From assembly GCF_018350175.1 (NCBI RefSeq), contig NC_058368.1, positions 176,950,001-177,014,000 of the forward strand: a stretch of 64,000 nt of DNA, in the 5' to 3' direction. Source of the DNA: Felis catus (taxonomy: Eukaryota). This document shows positions 26,350 to 42,450 of this stretch, in pieces (positions within the stretch are counted from its first letter, which is position 1; every line of letters starts with the position of its first letter). The position numbers and the translations under genes were made by a program. The notes under the pieces are model-generated. The model saw only the letters and a list, made by a program, of their open reading frames with translations, was not told the origin of the DNA and searched no databases.

Positions 26350-26485
26350 AGGGGTGCCTGGGCGACTCCATCAGTTAAGCGTCTGACTCTGAATCTCAGC
26401 TCAGGTCTTGATCTCAGGGTCATGAGTTCAAGCCCGCATTGGGCTCAGTGCTGGGTGTGAACCTACTTAAAACACAAAAAACCAA
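26350..26485 (+). mobile_element. Can-SINE (short type) in EFCAB9 intron 2
   Basis: Head plus A-rich tail; TSD AAAAGGCA. Confidence 0.8.
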
Positions 26486-27086
26486 AAGGCAAAATCCTAG
26501 GAGCTCAGGGTTGAAAGCTTTCTATGGTCAATGTGGCAAGTCCTGCTTCAGCATCTGCATTCAAGGGGAACTTAAGCCACCTGCTGTGATCAATTCTGCT
26601 AGACAGAACCCTTGTCACTAGAACGCATTTCGAGTGAAAATCTGCCCGTGAGACATCACAAGATGTTAAGATGATGAACACAAAAGTTTCCTTCCCAAGG
26701 GGGAAGTAGATAAATACACACCGAGAAAGTATATATAAGGTAAGGTGGGAACCCAAAGAAGAACGTGTCTCATTTCCATCTTTCATCCCCTTCAGAAAAT
26801 TCTCTGAGAGAAGGGATCATTGAGAGAGTGAGACACTTGGGATCACTGGTGACTCTCTATGAAGGGCAAGGATGGACATGCCAAGGAGGGAAGTGATAGA
26901 GTGAGATCTATCTTCCGGAAGAGGGTGCAGGAGGGCTAAAGATGGACGGGGCAGCAGGCGAGGGAGGCTGGCTAACTTGGGAATTTCTAGGTTATAAATG
27001 GACAGTTTAGGAACCAAAGCTAGTTCTCTCCACATTTTGTTCTTCCTGTTTCGAGTGGAAGGAAGGCAAAGTCTGATGCAGTCTTA

Positions 27087-27371
<285 letters not shown>

Positions 27372-27768
27372 CTAAACAAGCGGGAGCCACAGAAACGGTA
27401 GCAGCTGTTGGAAGCTTGCCCGCCTGGGAATAGTCATGGTAACACTGTTTCTGGCTTTGTCACTGTTCCTTCCACAACGCCTCCAGTCGTAATTGCCCTT
27501 GAGCTGTGTGACAAAGCACTGTGCCCAGATTTGTGGGGAAGGAGATAGTAGATTGGGCTTGATTCTCCACCCCGGCTCCTGCGCTCGACTGAGCAGACAG
27601 ATGTGTGTCCGTAACCAGTAAAGGGCATGGAGTGCTCTATCCTACATGGAAGAGGTTAATTCTCACTGGGAGCCCAGGACGCTTTCTTGGAGAAACTGAC
27701 ATTTTGCAAGGGTCTTTCACTTGAGGTCATCAAAATGAGAAATTTAAAAATCATGTTTAGAAAAGTAC

Positions 27769-27892
27769 CGGGGAGCATGGATAGCCCAGTCAGTTAAGTG
27801 TCCGACTTTTGATTTCAGCTCAGGTCATGATCTCAGGGTAGTGGGATTGAGCCCTGCATGGGGCTCCGCACTGAGTGTGGAGCCTGCTTAAG

Positions 27893-27964
<72 letters not shown>

Positions 27965-29533
27965 CCTCTATCCCTCCCCCGCTCATGCATACACTCTGTA
28001 TCAAAAAAAAAAAGTATCAGTGTTCCTCATGCTTCTATAAAGCAAATGGATTTGGCTATGGGGGAAAGAGCAATCACTGAACACGTTAGGTTCTAGGTGC
28101 TTTAAATGCCACATTTCATTGAAGCCTGACAACCCTACAGGGAAAGTGGTATGATACTCGTTTAAAATAAGCCTCAGATAGTAACTAGTCTATTTCAGTA
28201 CTTGTGTAACTGTAATGAGCATACTGTTCACTTGAGAATCTTGTAAAAATACAGATTCTGATTCAAGAAATCTGGTGTTGGACTGAGTCTACATTTCTTT
28301 CTTTTTTTTAAAGTTTATTTTGAGAGAGAGAGAGCGTGTACACACGAGTGGGGGAGGGGGAGAGGGAGAGGGAGAGAGAGAATCCAAGCAGGCTCCGAGC
28401 TGTCGGTGCAGAGCCTGATGTGAGGCTCGATCTCATAACTGTGAGATCATGACCTGAGCCGAGATCAGGGTCAGACATTTAACCAACTGAACCACCCAGG
28501 CGCCCCCTGAGTCTACACTTCTCGCAAGCTCCCAGGTGATATGGCTGCTGCTGGTCCGTGGACCCTACTTGGAGTGACAGAGCTGGGATTCAGAGTCTGT
28601 CTGACTCTGCCTTGTTCTTTCCATAGTGATGCCATATCTGTTGCAGATTAATTAATACATATGTATTCAATCATATACAGAGAAAAAATACTGTAATTTA
28701 AAAAAAAACAAGGAAGGTTTTTGCCAGAAATTCTACTCACTAATCATCTGTCTCAGGGAGTACAAGATGGAAGAAACCAACATGGTGACACATTTATATA
28801 ACAGCATGTGGCTTACAGATTGTGTATGCAAATCACTCATGGTAACCAGGGATTTTGAAGTGTAACTTTGTGAATATGTGATATCCCTTTACCCGCTGAT
28901 TCCAGAAACTATCTCTTGCGTAAAATGTGGCTCTAATAAATACATAAAACATGTATGTATTTGGAGTCCCAGCTGAAGAGCATAGTGAACCAGTCATCAC
29001 AATGTCATGATTTTTTAAACAATTTTTTAATAGTTTATTTATTTTGAGAGAGTGCACAGGACAGGGAGAGAGAGAGAATTCCCGGCAGGCTCTGCACCAT
29101 CAGCATGGAGCCCAATGTGAGGCTCAAACTCACAAATTGCAAGATCATGACCTGAACCAAAACCAAGAGTTGGACGCTTAACTGACTGAGCCACCCAGGT
29201 GTCCCCACAGTGTCATGATTTGAGAAGAATCTGATGGTCTCTTGATGTTCCTTCCCCACACCCCACCAGGTACGAACACGTGGGAATAGCACATTATGTA
29301 TATACACAGTGTTTTTTGTGTAGTTGCTCCTGGAGAAATGTTTTAGTGTGGGATATAGTAGCTACTTAACAAATACTGTTTTTAAAGCAGTTGGCTTGGG
29401 GCGCCTGGGTGGCTTGGTCGGTTAAGCGTCCAACTTCAGCTCAGGTCATGATCTCATAGTTCACGAGTTCAAGCCCCGCGTTGGGCTCTGTGCTGACAGC
29501 TGGGAGTCTGGAGTCTGCTTTGGATTCTGTGTC

Positions 29534-29581
<48 letters not shown>

Positions 29582-29630
29582 CTCCCTCACGTGTGCTCTC
29601 TCAAAAATAAAAAACATGAAAAAAAAAAAA
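27769..29630. mobile_element. EFCAB9 intron 1 repeats: Can-SINEs (+27769, -28295..28508 inside a MER5A-like relic, -29010..29206, +29397)
   Basis: TSDs TGAGTCTACAYTTCT and ACARTGTCATGATTT; (CT)n expansions. Confidence 0.8.
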
Positions 29631-30735
29631 GCATCTGGCTCTGGCCCACTCAAGTGTCCAAAGCCTTATGTCACTGCCTCCCTGGAAGGCAAAACTTAAG
29701 GCTGTTGCCTTCACTCCGTCAGGTCACTATCCAATCCCTTGGTGACCAGAAGACAGGAGTGTGACTTTATCTCTCAGGCACTGCATCATCAGGGAGTGAT
29801 TTAGTTACTAGGGAGATCAGACTTCTCAGCAAATATTCCAGTGAGATTATGAGCGTAGGCTTTGTGATCAGAAAGCCCTGGGTTTCAGTCCCAGCTTTTC
29901 TGTTTACAGCAAGATGCCCTACACTTGCCTTATCTAGGTCGGGGTTAGTGCGGAGATTTGGTGGCATACTATGTGTACATCTGTATGTAAAGAGAAAAAC
30001 TGAGACATGAAATTATGAGAAAATGAAGGTGTCTTTTAAGCATTTTTTAAAGATTGTGTAAACTCTTAACAAATCTTTACGGAAGAAACACCTTATTCAC
30101 AAATGGCATTTATTTCCTTCAGGTCACGAGGAATGGTTAGGATACTTTGCTTATAGCTGGTCCTTAAGAACAAAACAAAATGAAACAAGCTTAAAGTATT
30201 TTAACTGGTCTATTAGTTTATGCATTCAAAGGCAGGGTTGAGATTGTCAATACTTGGTCACAAGTACCAAGAATTAGAAGGGATCCTGCAGATTACTGAC
30301 TCAAACCTTCCATTTGACAGATGAGAGATCCTGTTAGGGGGTCTTAAGGGTTAATGTCTGAATGGGACTCAGCCCCCAGGAATAATTATAATAATAACAA
30401 ACACTAAGTTCTTACCATGTGCCAGGCACTGTGCTAAACGTTTTCCATACGTTATCTCATTATCTTTTTTTTTTTTTACTAGGAGCCTCCTGTATGGACG
30501 AGGAAAATGATACTCAAAGAAGGTGATGATACCTTCTCCAAACCACCAAGGAGCGCCAGAATTTCACCCCAGAGCCCGCAACCTTCTCCCCCTCCCGCAA
30601 CCGCCCCCAGTGTCAAGTCTCAGTTGGCCATTTCTCCCTGCTTCGCTGAGAGGATAAAATGCATCTCTGTTAATCAGGCCGTTCCCAGCCCCGCAAGTGC
30701 CCCTGCACGTTAGTTAAAAACCAGGTGACATCTCA

Positions 30736-31150
<415 letters not shown>

Positions 31151-31159
31151 ATGAATGCG

Positions 31160-31984
31160 AGAACACTCTCTGCTTACACTCTGTCTCTCTCAAAATAAAG
31201 ACCCCCCCACACACATTTTTTATTTATTTATTTAAAAAATTTTTTTAAATGTTTTTATTTATTTTTGAGACAGAGAGAGACAGAATATGAGCAGGGGAGG
31301 GGCAGAGAGAGAGGGAGACACAGAATCCGAAGCAAGCTCCAGGCTCCGAGCCATCAGCACAGAGCCCGACGCTGCGGGGCTCTAACTCACGCACTGCGAG
31401 ATCATGACCTGAGCCGAAGTCAGACGCTCAACCGACTGAGCCACCCAGGCGCCTCCCCTCCCCTAATTTTTATTTTTATTTTTTAAGGTTTTTATTTATT
31501 TTTGAGACAGAAAAAATTTTTTTAGAAGAGTCACGTGCTCCACTGACTGAGCCAGCCAGGTGCCCCAAGGCCTGTTTTTTTCTTTCACAGAATTTATTAT
31601 GGAATTTGCAAATACTGTATATCACAAAGTAAAGAGATTGGTGTAAAAACGTACATGCAATCAGCATCCAGCCTCAACAATTACCAACTCAGGGCCCATC
31701 TTGTTTCATCTCTATTCCCCATCCACCACCACCGCCAACTGGATTATTTTGAAGCAAATCCCAGACATAACTTCTCATCTGTGAAGATTTGAATATATAT
31801 TTCAAAAAAAAAAAAGTGACTCTTTTATTTTTAACATAACCACCTATCACTTCTATACCTAAAACCAAACAGCATTCCTTAGTGTCATCAAATATTCACT
31901 CGGCATTCAAGTTTTCCTAATTTTCTTTAATTTTTTAAATTTTTCTGTATTTAAAAATTTTTTTAAACAAATCTTAATTCATTT

Positions 31985-32020
<36 letters not shown>

Positions 32021-35000
32021 AAGAGAGAGAGAATCCCAAGCAGGCTCCATGCTGAGCAGGGAGCCCGACCCAGGGCTTGATCCCACAACCCTGGGATCAG
32101 GACTTGAGCTGAAATCAAGAGTTAGACACTCAACCAACTGAATCACCCAGGCGCCCCCTTTTAGATTTTTAATAGATGATTTATTTAAGTCAGGAAGCCA
32201 AACAGATCTAAGTATTACTTTAGTCTGTTTCTTAATATCTTTAGGCTCCTCTTTTCTTTTTCTTGAAATTTATTTGTTGAAGAATCCAGACTGTTGTGTA
32301 GAAGAAAACATTCTGGTTTTTGCAGATTTTCTCTCCAATGTGTTAACACATTCCTCTGTCTCCTGTATTTTCTATAAACTCGTGGTTAGGTCTAGCATGA
32401 AAGCTGGTTTTAGGGAAAGACCAATAAACACAGATAAACTTTTGGCAAGTGTGATAAAAAGATTTCTAAAACTGAGAACGAGGAAGGGAACAATTATTGA
32501 TGTGGAAGAGTTCAAAATACATATAAGAATACTATACACAGCTCTAAAAAGCTACATTAGGGGCGCCTGGCTGGCTCAGTGGGTGGGGCTTGTGACTCTG
32601 GATCTTGGGGTTGTAGGTTTGAAGCCCTATGTTGGGTGTAGAGATTACTTAAAATCTTCAAAAGCTAAAATATCTACGTCCAATAAATATACACCGTGAA
32701 CCACAAATATGAGTCACGTACATAATTTGAAATTTTCTAGTAGCCACATTTTTTTAAAAAGTAAAAAGAAGAAATTAATTTTGATAACATTTAACCCAGT
32801 GTGTCTGAAATGTTATTTCAATTTGTAATCAATATACTTTTTAATTAGCTATTTTACAATTCTTTTTTCGAACTCTTGAGATTCAATTGACATACGACAC
32901 TGAGTGAAAAAAATTTTTTAATGTTTATTTATTTTTGAGACAGCACGAGTCGGGGAGGGGCAGGAGAGGGAGACAGAGGATCTGAAGCAGGCTTTGCACT
33001 GACAGCCACAAGCCCTATGCGGGGCTCAAACTCACGACTGTGAGATCATGACCTGAGTGGAAGTGCGATGCTCAACCGACTGAGCCACCCAAGTGCCCCA
33101 ACATTATGTGAGTTTAAACTGTACAACATGCGGGGCACCTGGCTGGCTCAGTTAGTAAAACATGACTTTTTTTTTTTAATGTTTATTAATTTTTGAGAAA
33201 GAGACAGAGACAGAGCACAAGCAGGAGAAGGGCAGAGAAGAAGACACGGAATCCGAAGCAGGCTCCAGGCTCTGAGCTGTCAGCACAGAGCCCAATGCAG
33301 GGCTCAAACCCATGAGCCATGTGATCATGACCTGAGCTGAAGTTAGATGCTCAACCGACTGAGCCACCCAGGCACCCAGAGCGCATGACTCTTGATTTTG
33401 GGGTTGTGAGTTCCAGCCCCACCTTGGGCATAGAGTTTACTCTAAAAAAAATGGGGGTACGACAGCTTTACTAGTCTTCTGAAGAATCAGGAAGAGAGGA
33501 AACTCTCCAACTCATTTTATGTGTCTAATATTATCTGCATGCCAACACATGGCAAATCAGTATAAGAAAGGAAAGTTATAAATCTCACTCATGAACATAA
33601 ATGCAATAATTCTAAAGAAAACATTAGCAAACTAAACCCATACACATAAACACTGAGAAAAATAACACCCACAAGTGAATTCTTCCAGCACAGAAAAATA
33701 ATCCCATGTGGAAACACAGAAATTTAAGAAGGGAACAAGAGCACCAGAAATTGAAAATGAGTGAGTAAATCTAAATGAGTATTTACCGTATACGACACTA
33801 AAAATAATGTCATATGAGGACTCTAGCTGCAGGTGCCCTCAGAACTCACCAGGAGCTACCAAGGGAAAGATCTGCTGCCGCTGGGAGGAGGGAGAAGAAA
33901 CCGTGTCATATTTAACCGCATTTTTCCAGCGTTGTAGTCAGAGTGAGTGCTGCTAGCTGCTGTAACGACTCTTGGAATATCAGAACTCTTTGCCAATGCC
34001 ATGGTAATTGGTAGCATTCAAGACCTGGTGCTCCGTCAGGTCAGCGGAGTTCCTGAGTGACCGCACAAAAAGACAAAGGACCCTTCCCTTTGCCCAAGGT
34101 AAGAGCCAGAGGTCTTTACCTGGGCACTGGGAGGGAGGGGTTTTGTTCTCCTCTCCCAATAGCACAAAGCTTTTGCTTTGAAGGCGGTTGCTTTTGCACT
34201 TCTGGGGAAGTAGTGGAGGCCTTATACTCCTCTCCTGGCAGCCACCATTAAATATTGCAACAACATGAGTGAAAAGAAGCCAGACTTAAAAGAGCACATA
34301 CTGGGGGCGCCTGGGTGGCTCAGTAGGTTAAGCGTTCGACTCTTGGTTTCAGCCCAGGTCACGATCTCACGGTTCGTGATACGGAGCCCTGCACGGGGCT
34401 CCATGCTGACAGCACGGAGCCTGCTTGGGATTCTCTCTCTCCCTTTCTCTGCCTTCTCTTGCTCATGCACCGTCTGTCTCTCTCTCTCTCAAAATAAACA
34501 AATTAATTTTAAAAAGAATATGATTCCACTTAGATGATAAATTAGGAAAGGCAGTTCCAATATATGGTGGCAGAAAACATCAGCTGTTGCTGGGGCCAGG
34601 AGTGTGAATGGGGATTGCCTGGTGAAGAAGCAGAAGGAATTTTCTCAGATGAAGGACAAGTTCTGTACCTTGACTCTGGTGACAGTTACATGGGCATATA
34701 CATTTGTCAGAACTCCTAGAACTGTGTGTTCACAATGGGTGCATTTTTCTTGAATGTAAATTAAACCTCAATAAAGTTGATTTTTAAAAATTACAAAAAT
34801 TAGACACAAATAATTCAATCACATCAGTATTAAGCATATTTGCTCCATAGAAGACACTGTTTACAAAGTTAATGGATGATAAATCAGAGAGAGATTTGCA
34901 ATGTCTAAACCAAATAATAAACTGCCATCAAAAAGTGAGACAAGAGGGGCACCTGGCTACTGGTAGAGCGTGCAATTCTTGATCTTGGAGTTGTAAGTTC

Positions 35001-35250
35001 GAGCTCCATGGCAGGTGTAGAGATTACTTAAAAATAAAATCTTAAGGGCACCTGGGTGGCTCAGTTGGTTAAGCATCCAACTTCGGCTCAGGTCATGATC
35101 TCACAGTCGGTGAGTTCGAGCTGTCAGCACAGAGCCTGCTTCAGATCCTCTATTCCCCTCTCTCTCTTCCCCTCCCCTGCTCATGTTCGCTCTGTCTCTC
35201 TCTCAAAGATAAATAAATATTTAAAAATTTAAAAAATAAAATAAAATCTT
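31160..35250. mobile_element. Repeat-dense block: multiple Can-SINEs (some nested), old L1 fragments, MER3/MER33-like relic
   Basis: About ten SINE heads; - SINE 33168-33378 nested in a + SINE with TSD CATGACT; L1M-like 3' ends. Confidence 0.75.
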
Positions 35251-35317
35251 ACAAAAAATTCAGGAACAATAGCAGTGAAACTGACAAATCACTTAAGTAG
35301 TAATTAGTAAAATATAT

Positions 35318-35681
35318 TGTGCAAACACCAAAAATACAGTTCTCAGACCAGGAACACTCAAACCAAAACATGGAATGAGGCTCAGGAGTATATTGTTAAA
35401 AAGCAGTTTATATAGTGAGAAAGTAGTGACTATTTCTCACAGTGATTTGTTATTAGAATATTCTTAAATGATAAGGAAATTGTCAGTGGTTACCACCTAT
35501 CAACCTTGGGAACCAGTTCAACTTTTGCTTGTGATTTCCAGAGGCATATGCAAGAAATGACCCAGGTCAAGTTAGTCTTGCAAAATAAGCTAAATTAAGC
35601 TTTGTTTGTATGACTAAAATGGTTTTGTCTGCTGAAGAATTTTCAAGCAAGCCTGGTCTCCATTTGTTTTTTATTTTAACA
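35318..35681 (-). mobile_element. Probable ERV1-class solo LTR
   Basis: TG...CA termini; 4-bp flanks ATAT/TTAT; minus-strand start TGTTAAAATAAAAAACAAATGGAGACCAGG and a TATATAAAC box (35405-35413). Confidence 0.6.
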
Positions 35682-35837
35682 TTATCTTGATTTTAAAACC
35701 AGATAAAGGCAGCACAAGAAAAGTATAGACCCATTTGACTTGTGAGCATAGATACAAAAATCCTAAATATAAGATTTGCCAGGCAAAATACTTACTTTCC
35801 GGGAATGCAAGAATATTTTAATCAATGAAATTCACCA

Positions 35838-36058
35838 TTTTTTTAAATTTTTTTTTAACATTTATTTATTTTTGAGACAGAGAGAGACAGAGCATGAGCA
35901 GGGGAGGGGCAGAGAGAGAGGGAGACACAGAATCCGAAACAGGCTCCAGGCTCTGAGCTGTCAGCCCAGAGCCCGACGCGGGGCTCGAACTCACGGACCG
36001 CGAGATCATGACCTGAGCCGAAGTCGACGCCCAACCGACTGAGCCAACCAGGCGCCCC
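35838..36058 (-). mobile_element. Can-SINE inside an old L1 ORF2 fragment
   Basis: TSD ARTGAAATTCACCAT. Confidence 0.9.
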
Positions 36059-36424
36059 AGTGAAATTCACCATGTTTATAGGCTAGGGGAGAAAAATCAT
36101 ATGATTAATTATATGATTGACATATAATAAATGCATAAAAATATTTGCTAACGTTCTACTTTATAGATGATATAAAAACGATATGCTATGATAAAAAAAT
36201 TTTTAGCAAATTAGGAATAGCAGGAAGCTTCTTTTTGTGTAAAAATCGTTTGCCACCATGCTTTCACAAATATCATACCTGGTGGAGACACTTTAAACCC
36301 TTTTCCATTAAATGTTGGACCAAGACAAAAATTCCCATCTTCACCGTTACTGTGTAACTAACATATGGCTAGAGCCCCTAGCAAATGCTATAGGAAAGGA
36401 CAAGAAATAGGAAATGTAAAGACT

Positions 36425-36747
36425 TGTAGTAGAAGCTCTACAAAGCCCCGTGACATCTCTCAACTTAGGGGTGTTTTCTTGTCCCTCAAGCAGGGCATGC
36501 TGGAAGTGCTGCCCAAGGGAGCAGCTCTTGGCCAAGGACAGATGGGGCTTGGGGAAAAACTTCCCATTTCCTTGCCTCTGGGGTGAGTTGACTCTGAAGT
36601 GTGTTGTGTCTTGAGTTCCAGAATTCCCCAGTGGGATTTAGCCCCAGGTGGCTGCAGTAGTAATCAGCTCCAAAGTGCATCTTTTTTCTTTCTTTCTTTT
36701 TTTTTTTTTTACAAGTTCATTTTGAGAGAGAGTGGGGGAGGAGCAGA

Positions 36748-36791
<44 letters not shown>

Positions 36792-37033
36792 CGCAAGCAG
36801 GCTCTGTGCTATTAGCTTGAAGCTCGATGCAGGGCTTGAACTCATGAACTGTGAGACCATGGCCTGAGCTGAAGTCGAGTGCTTAACTGACAGAGCCACC
36901 CAGGCGCCCCAAAGTCCATCTTTTACTGGCTTCATGCCTCCCATTCCCTACTGGTGCCTCCTGGCATCACCTCCCAAATAAACTACTTGTACCCAAATCC
37001 TGATCCTTCCGTCTGGGGGAATCCGACCTAAGA
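36425..37033 (+). mobile_element. LTR16-like (ERVL) solo LTR interrupted by a - Can-SINE (~36681-36910)
   Basis: 3' end CACCTCCCAAATAAACTACTTGTACCCAAATCC...GGGGGAATCCGACCTAAGA resembles the recalled LTR16 consensus. Confidence 0.65.
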
Positions 37034-37342
37034 ATGGTGTCAAATGCTTTTTCTATGTTGTGACTGTGATTTTCTTTTTTCCTTTGTCAGTGCAATGTCT
37101 TACATTGATAACGGTCTGATGTAAGACCGTTCTTGTACTCCTGGATAAACCTTTCTTGGTCATGATGTTTTTATTCACCTCTGGTTTCATCTGGCTAGTA
37201 ATTTATTTTTCTCTCATTTAATTCATAAGTGAAAATAGCCTATAATTTTCTTTTACTGTCCTTATCTAGTTGTGGTCAATCTTATTTCATAAAATGAGTA
37301 GAATTCCTTTTTTTCCTATCTTCTTAAAAAATGTATATGAAG

Positions 37343-38913
37343 AGACGCCTGGGTGGCTCAGTGGGTGAAGTGTTGGACTTTGGCTCTGGTCATGATCTCA
37401 CGGTCTGTGAGTTCAAGCCCCGTGCTGGGCTCTGTGCTGACAGCTCAGAGCCTGGAGCCTGCTTTGGATTCTGTGTCTCCATCTCTCTCTGCTTGCACTC
37501 TGTCTTTCTCTCTCTTTCTCTCTCTCTCTCAAAAATAAATATAAAAAAATGTATATAAAGAGAGAAAAACAAAACAAAACAAAGCAAAAAGAATACGTAT
37601 AGGGGGAAATTATTTGTAGTGCTACATAACCTGATGTCTTTTGGTAGGTATAGACTTTTGATTTTTTATTTTCTTTATTGGTTATTAGTTTATTTAGGCT
37701 TTTGTTTCTAATTCAAATTATGTATATTTATAGGGCACCCGGGTGGCTCAGTCAGTTAAGTGTCCGACTCTTGATTTCCACTCAGGTCCTGATCTCACAG
37801 TTTGTGAGACAGAGCCCTGGGTTGGGCCCTGCACGGACAGCTCAGAGTCTGCTTGGGATTCTCTCTCTCCCTCTCTCTCTGCCTCTCCCCTGCACTCTCT
37901 TTCTCAAAAATAAACATAGGGGCACCCAGGTGGCTCAGTCGGTTGGGCGGCTGACTTCGGCTCAGGTCATGATCTCGCGGTCCGTGAGTTCGAGCCCCGC
38001 GTCGGGCTCTGTGCTGACAGCTCGGAGCCTGGAGCCTGTTTTGGATTCTGTGTCTCCCTCTCTCTCTGACCCTCCCCTGTTCATGCTCTGTCTCTCCCTG
38101 TCTCAAAAATAAATAAAAGCGTTAAAAAAAATTAAAAAAATAAACATTAAAACAAGAAATTATGTATCTTTATACATCATTTATATATATTATTTATATC
38201 ATTTCTATTTTCTTGCACATGATTACTAATTTCATGTAGATTACAATTTTTTATGTTGGAGCGCCTGGTTGGCTCAGTCAAGGAGCATGCGACTCCATTT
38301 CGAGGTCGTGAGTTTGAGCCCCATGTTGGGTGAGGAGACCACTTAATTTTTTTAAAATTTATTCACATAAATTTGTTTAAAATATCATTTTGTGATTTAA
38401 AAACCTTCACAGTACCTGATATTATATCTCTTTTTTCATTGTCTCCGGTGAATATTTTTCCTCTCTTTAAAAATTTTTTTTGACTAGTCTACTAGTTACT
38501 TCTGAAATGTTCCTCTAGTTTTGTTGAACCTGTTTGATTTCTTACAACCTGATTGAAGTACAGTTTACGTGTCGTAATATTCACCCATTTCAAGTGTACA
38601 ATTCAGTGATATTTATTTATTTAATTTATTTTGAGAGAGAGAGAAAGAGAGAGGGGCAGAGGGAGAGGGAGAGGGAGTGAATCCTAGGCAGGCTCTGTGC
38701 TGTCAGTGCAGAGCCTGACACGGGGCTTGATCTCAGAAACTGTGAGATCACGACCTGAGCACAAACCAGGAGTCAGACATTTAACCGACTGAGCCACCCA
38801 GGTGCCCCTCAGTTCAGTGATTTTTAGAAAATCTACTGAGTTGTGACATCATCACCATAATCTTATTTATTTATTCCTAGAGAGAGAGTGCATGAATGTG
38901 GGAGAGGGAGAGT

Positions 38914-38962
<49 letters not shown>

Positions 38963-39093
38963 AGAGAGAGAGAGAATTTTGAGCAGGCTCCACACTCAGC
39001 CTGGAGCCTAATTCCGGGCTTGATCCCATGACCTTCGTATCACGACCTGAGCTGAAGTCGAGTCCGACTCTCAACTGACCCACCCACATGCCC
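37343..39093. mobile_element. Six Can-SINEs within old L1 sequence
   Basis: Includes a SINE (37919-38140) inserted in the tail of another, TSD AAAAATAAACAT. Confidence 0.8.
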
Positions 39094-39965
39094 ATATACT
39101 CCAACTTTAGAATATTTTCATCACCCTAGTAAGGTTCTTCATGTCTATTTACAGTTAATCCCCATTTCGTAGCAACATTAATCTATTTTCTGTCTCTGTG
39201 AGTTTGCCTTTTCTAGATGTTTCATGAAAATAGAACCTTAAAATATGTGGTCTTTTGCCTCTTCCAGACATTTCGTATCAGCGAAATCATATGTGTTCTT
39301 TTGGGTTGGGCTTCTTTCACTTAATGCATTTGGATGAACCTCTCCATTTTTGTTTCTCATTTCATTTCTTTCTGGAGCGATCACAGAGCCAGTCACAGAG
39401 CCCTGGGTTGGTGCACCTGGGTTGGTGCAGGCCTGGGGATGAGCTAAGGCTTGGACCTCTCATCCCCTCAGACCTACAGCTTCTGCAAAGTCACAATCTC
39501 CACTTTCCAGGGGGAAAGACTTCCCCTTTGTCCCCTCACCCTCTTCGTGGAGTTGGTCAAATGGACAGAAACTAATGAAAGACCCGCCTTTCAGCTTGTT
39601 TGGGGAGGTTGAAACATTGGCTTTCTCAGTGAGAATTTTCCTTCTTTTAGTGGCAAAGACCCTCTACAGTTCTAACTGCTCGGGAAGGTGTTGGAACCTT
39701 TCAAACCTCTTGGCAACCTTTACTCGGGGAACGTGTTGTGCAGACCACCACCAACCAGCATCCCAGGCTTCTTTAGTTAGTTTTCCAAACTAAGAACTAC
39801 ACTTTATATTTGCACCCTGCTCAAGAAGGGGTGAAAACATCTCAATATTGGCATGCTCTGTAGGGGTGGGGATTCCCGGAGAGTGACATTCCCTGAAATG
39901 CTATTTGATTATGAGGTAGATTTATAATCCAGTCTTCCTACCCTTCAGCATACTTTATTTGGAAA

Positions 39966-40670
39966 TGTAATATAAAAAGTGGCCAGGTTTTTTGTTTTTG
40001 TTTTTGTTTTTACCAGCAAAATGGGTTTATACAAGAATATAAGAAAATCACAATTCAGGACATGCATGCTAAGGCAAAACCATAGGCAAATACAACAGAC
40101 GAAGGAAAATAACTGTATTTTATGGAGAAGGAGAAAGTTGGAGAGAATTGTTTGGAAGGAAATCCTATTAGAGAAAAGCAAGAGTTTGGGGTGATAATGG
40201 TTTTCCATTGACTGAGTTACCAGGGTAGTCAATTTCTTCCCCAAGATGCAATATGCATCTTTCCCTGTTGGGCCCTGTAATTGATGGTTTTCCTGTTGAA
40301 TATTCTTTTTTTTTATTTTTTTTAAAAAAATTTTTTTAACGTTTATTTATTTTTGAGACAGAGAGAGACAGCATGAGCAGGGAAGGGGCAGAGAGAGAGA
40401 GGGAGACACAGAATGTGAAGCAGGCTCCAGGCTCTGAGTTGTCAGCACAGAGCCCGACGCAGGACTCGAACTCACGGACCGCGAGACCATGACCTGAGCC
40501 GAAGTCGGCCGCCCAACCGACTGAGCCACCCAGGCGTCCCTCCTGCTAAATATTCTTATGTTGGGGTTTGCAACTGACAATTTTTCTGTAATTGACATCA
40601 AGTGCTGCCAGATCCCCCTTCTAGCCTCAGGACTCCGCTCTAGTGAGGTTTCTTTTTATCAGTTTTCACA
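39966..40670 (-). mobile_element. Probable ERV1-class solo LTR interrupted by a - Can-SINE (~40308-40539)
   Basis: TG...CA termini; 4-bp flanks GAAA/GAAT; minus-strand start TGTGAAAACTGATAAAAAGAAACCTCACTAGAGCGGAGTC; SINE TSD TCCTGYTRAATATTCTT. Confidence 0.6.
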
Positions 40671-40949
40671 GAATCACTTTGTAGATTAGATAAAAGTATC
40701 ATTGCCCCAGTGACAGCGAACAGTAGCTGGTACAGTGGCAGTGGAGCGTGTCAAACAGGCAGGATGAAAGATGATGGTGGTCAAAGAAAACTTCAGTTCT
40801 ATCTGTAATGAGCTCATTTTTTAAAATTGGGAAATTAAGACTAAGAAAGTTTTTACTTAATATGTGTATATACCTTAAGATCCATCATAAAGCATGTGAT
40901 AACTAAGTTTTTTCCTCCAGCCCTCTAATGCTGACCGGTTTGTGGATCC

Positions 40950-42450
<1,501 letters not shown>

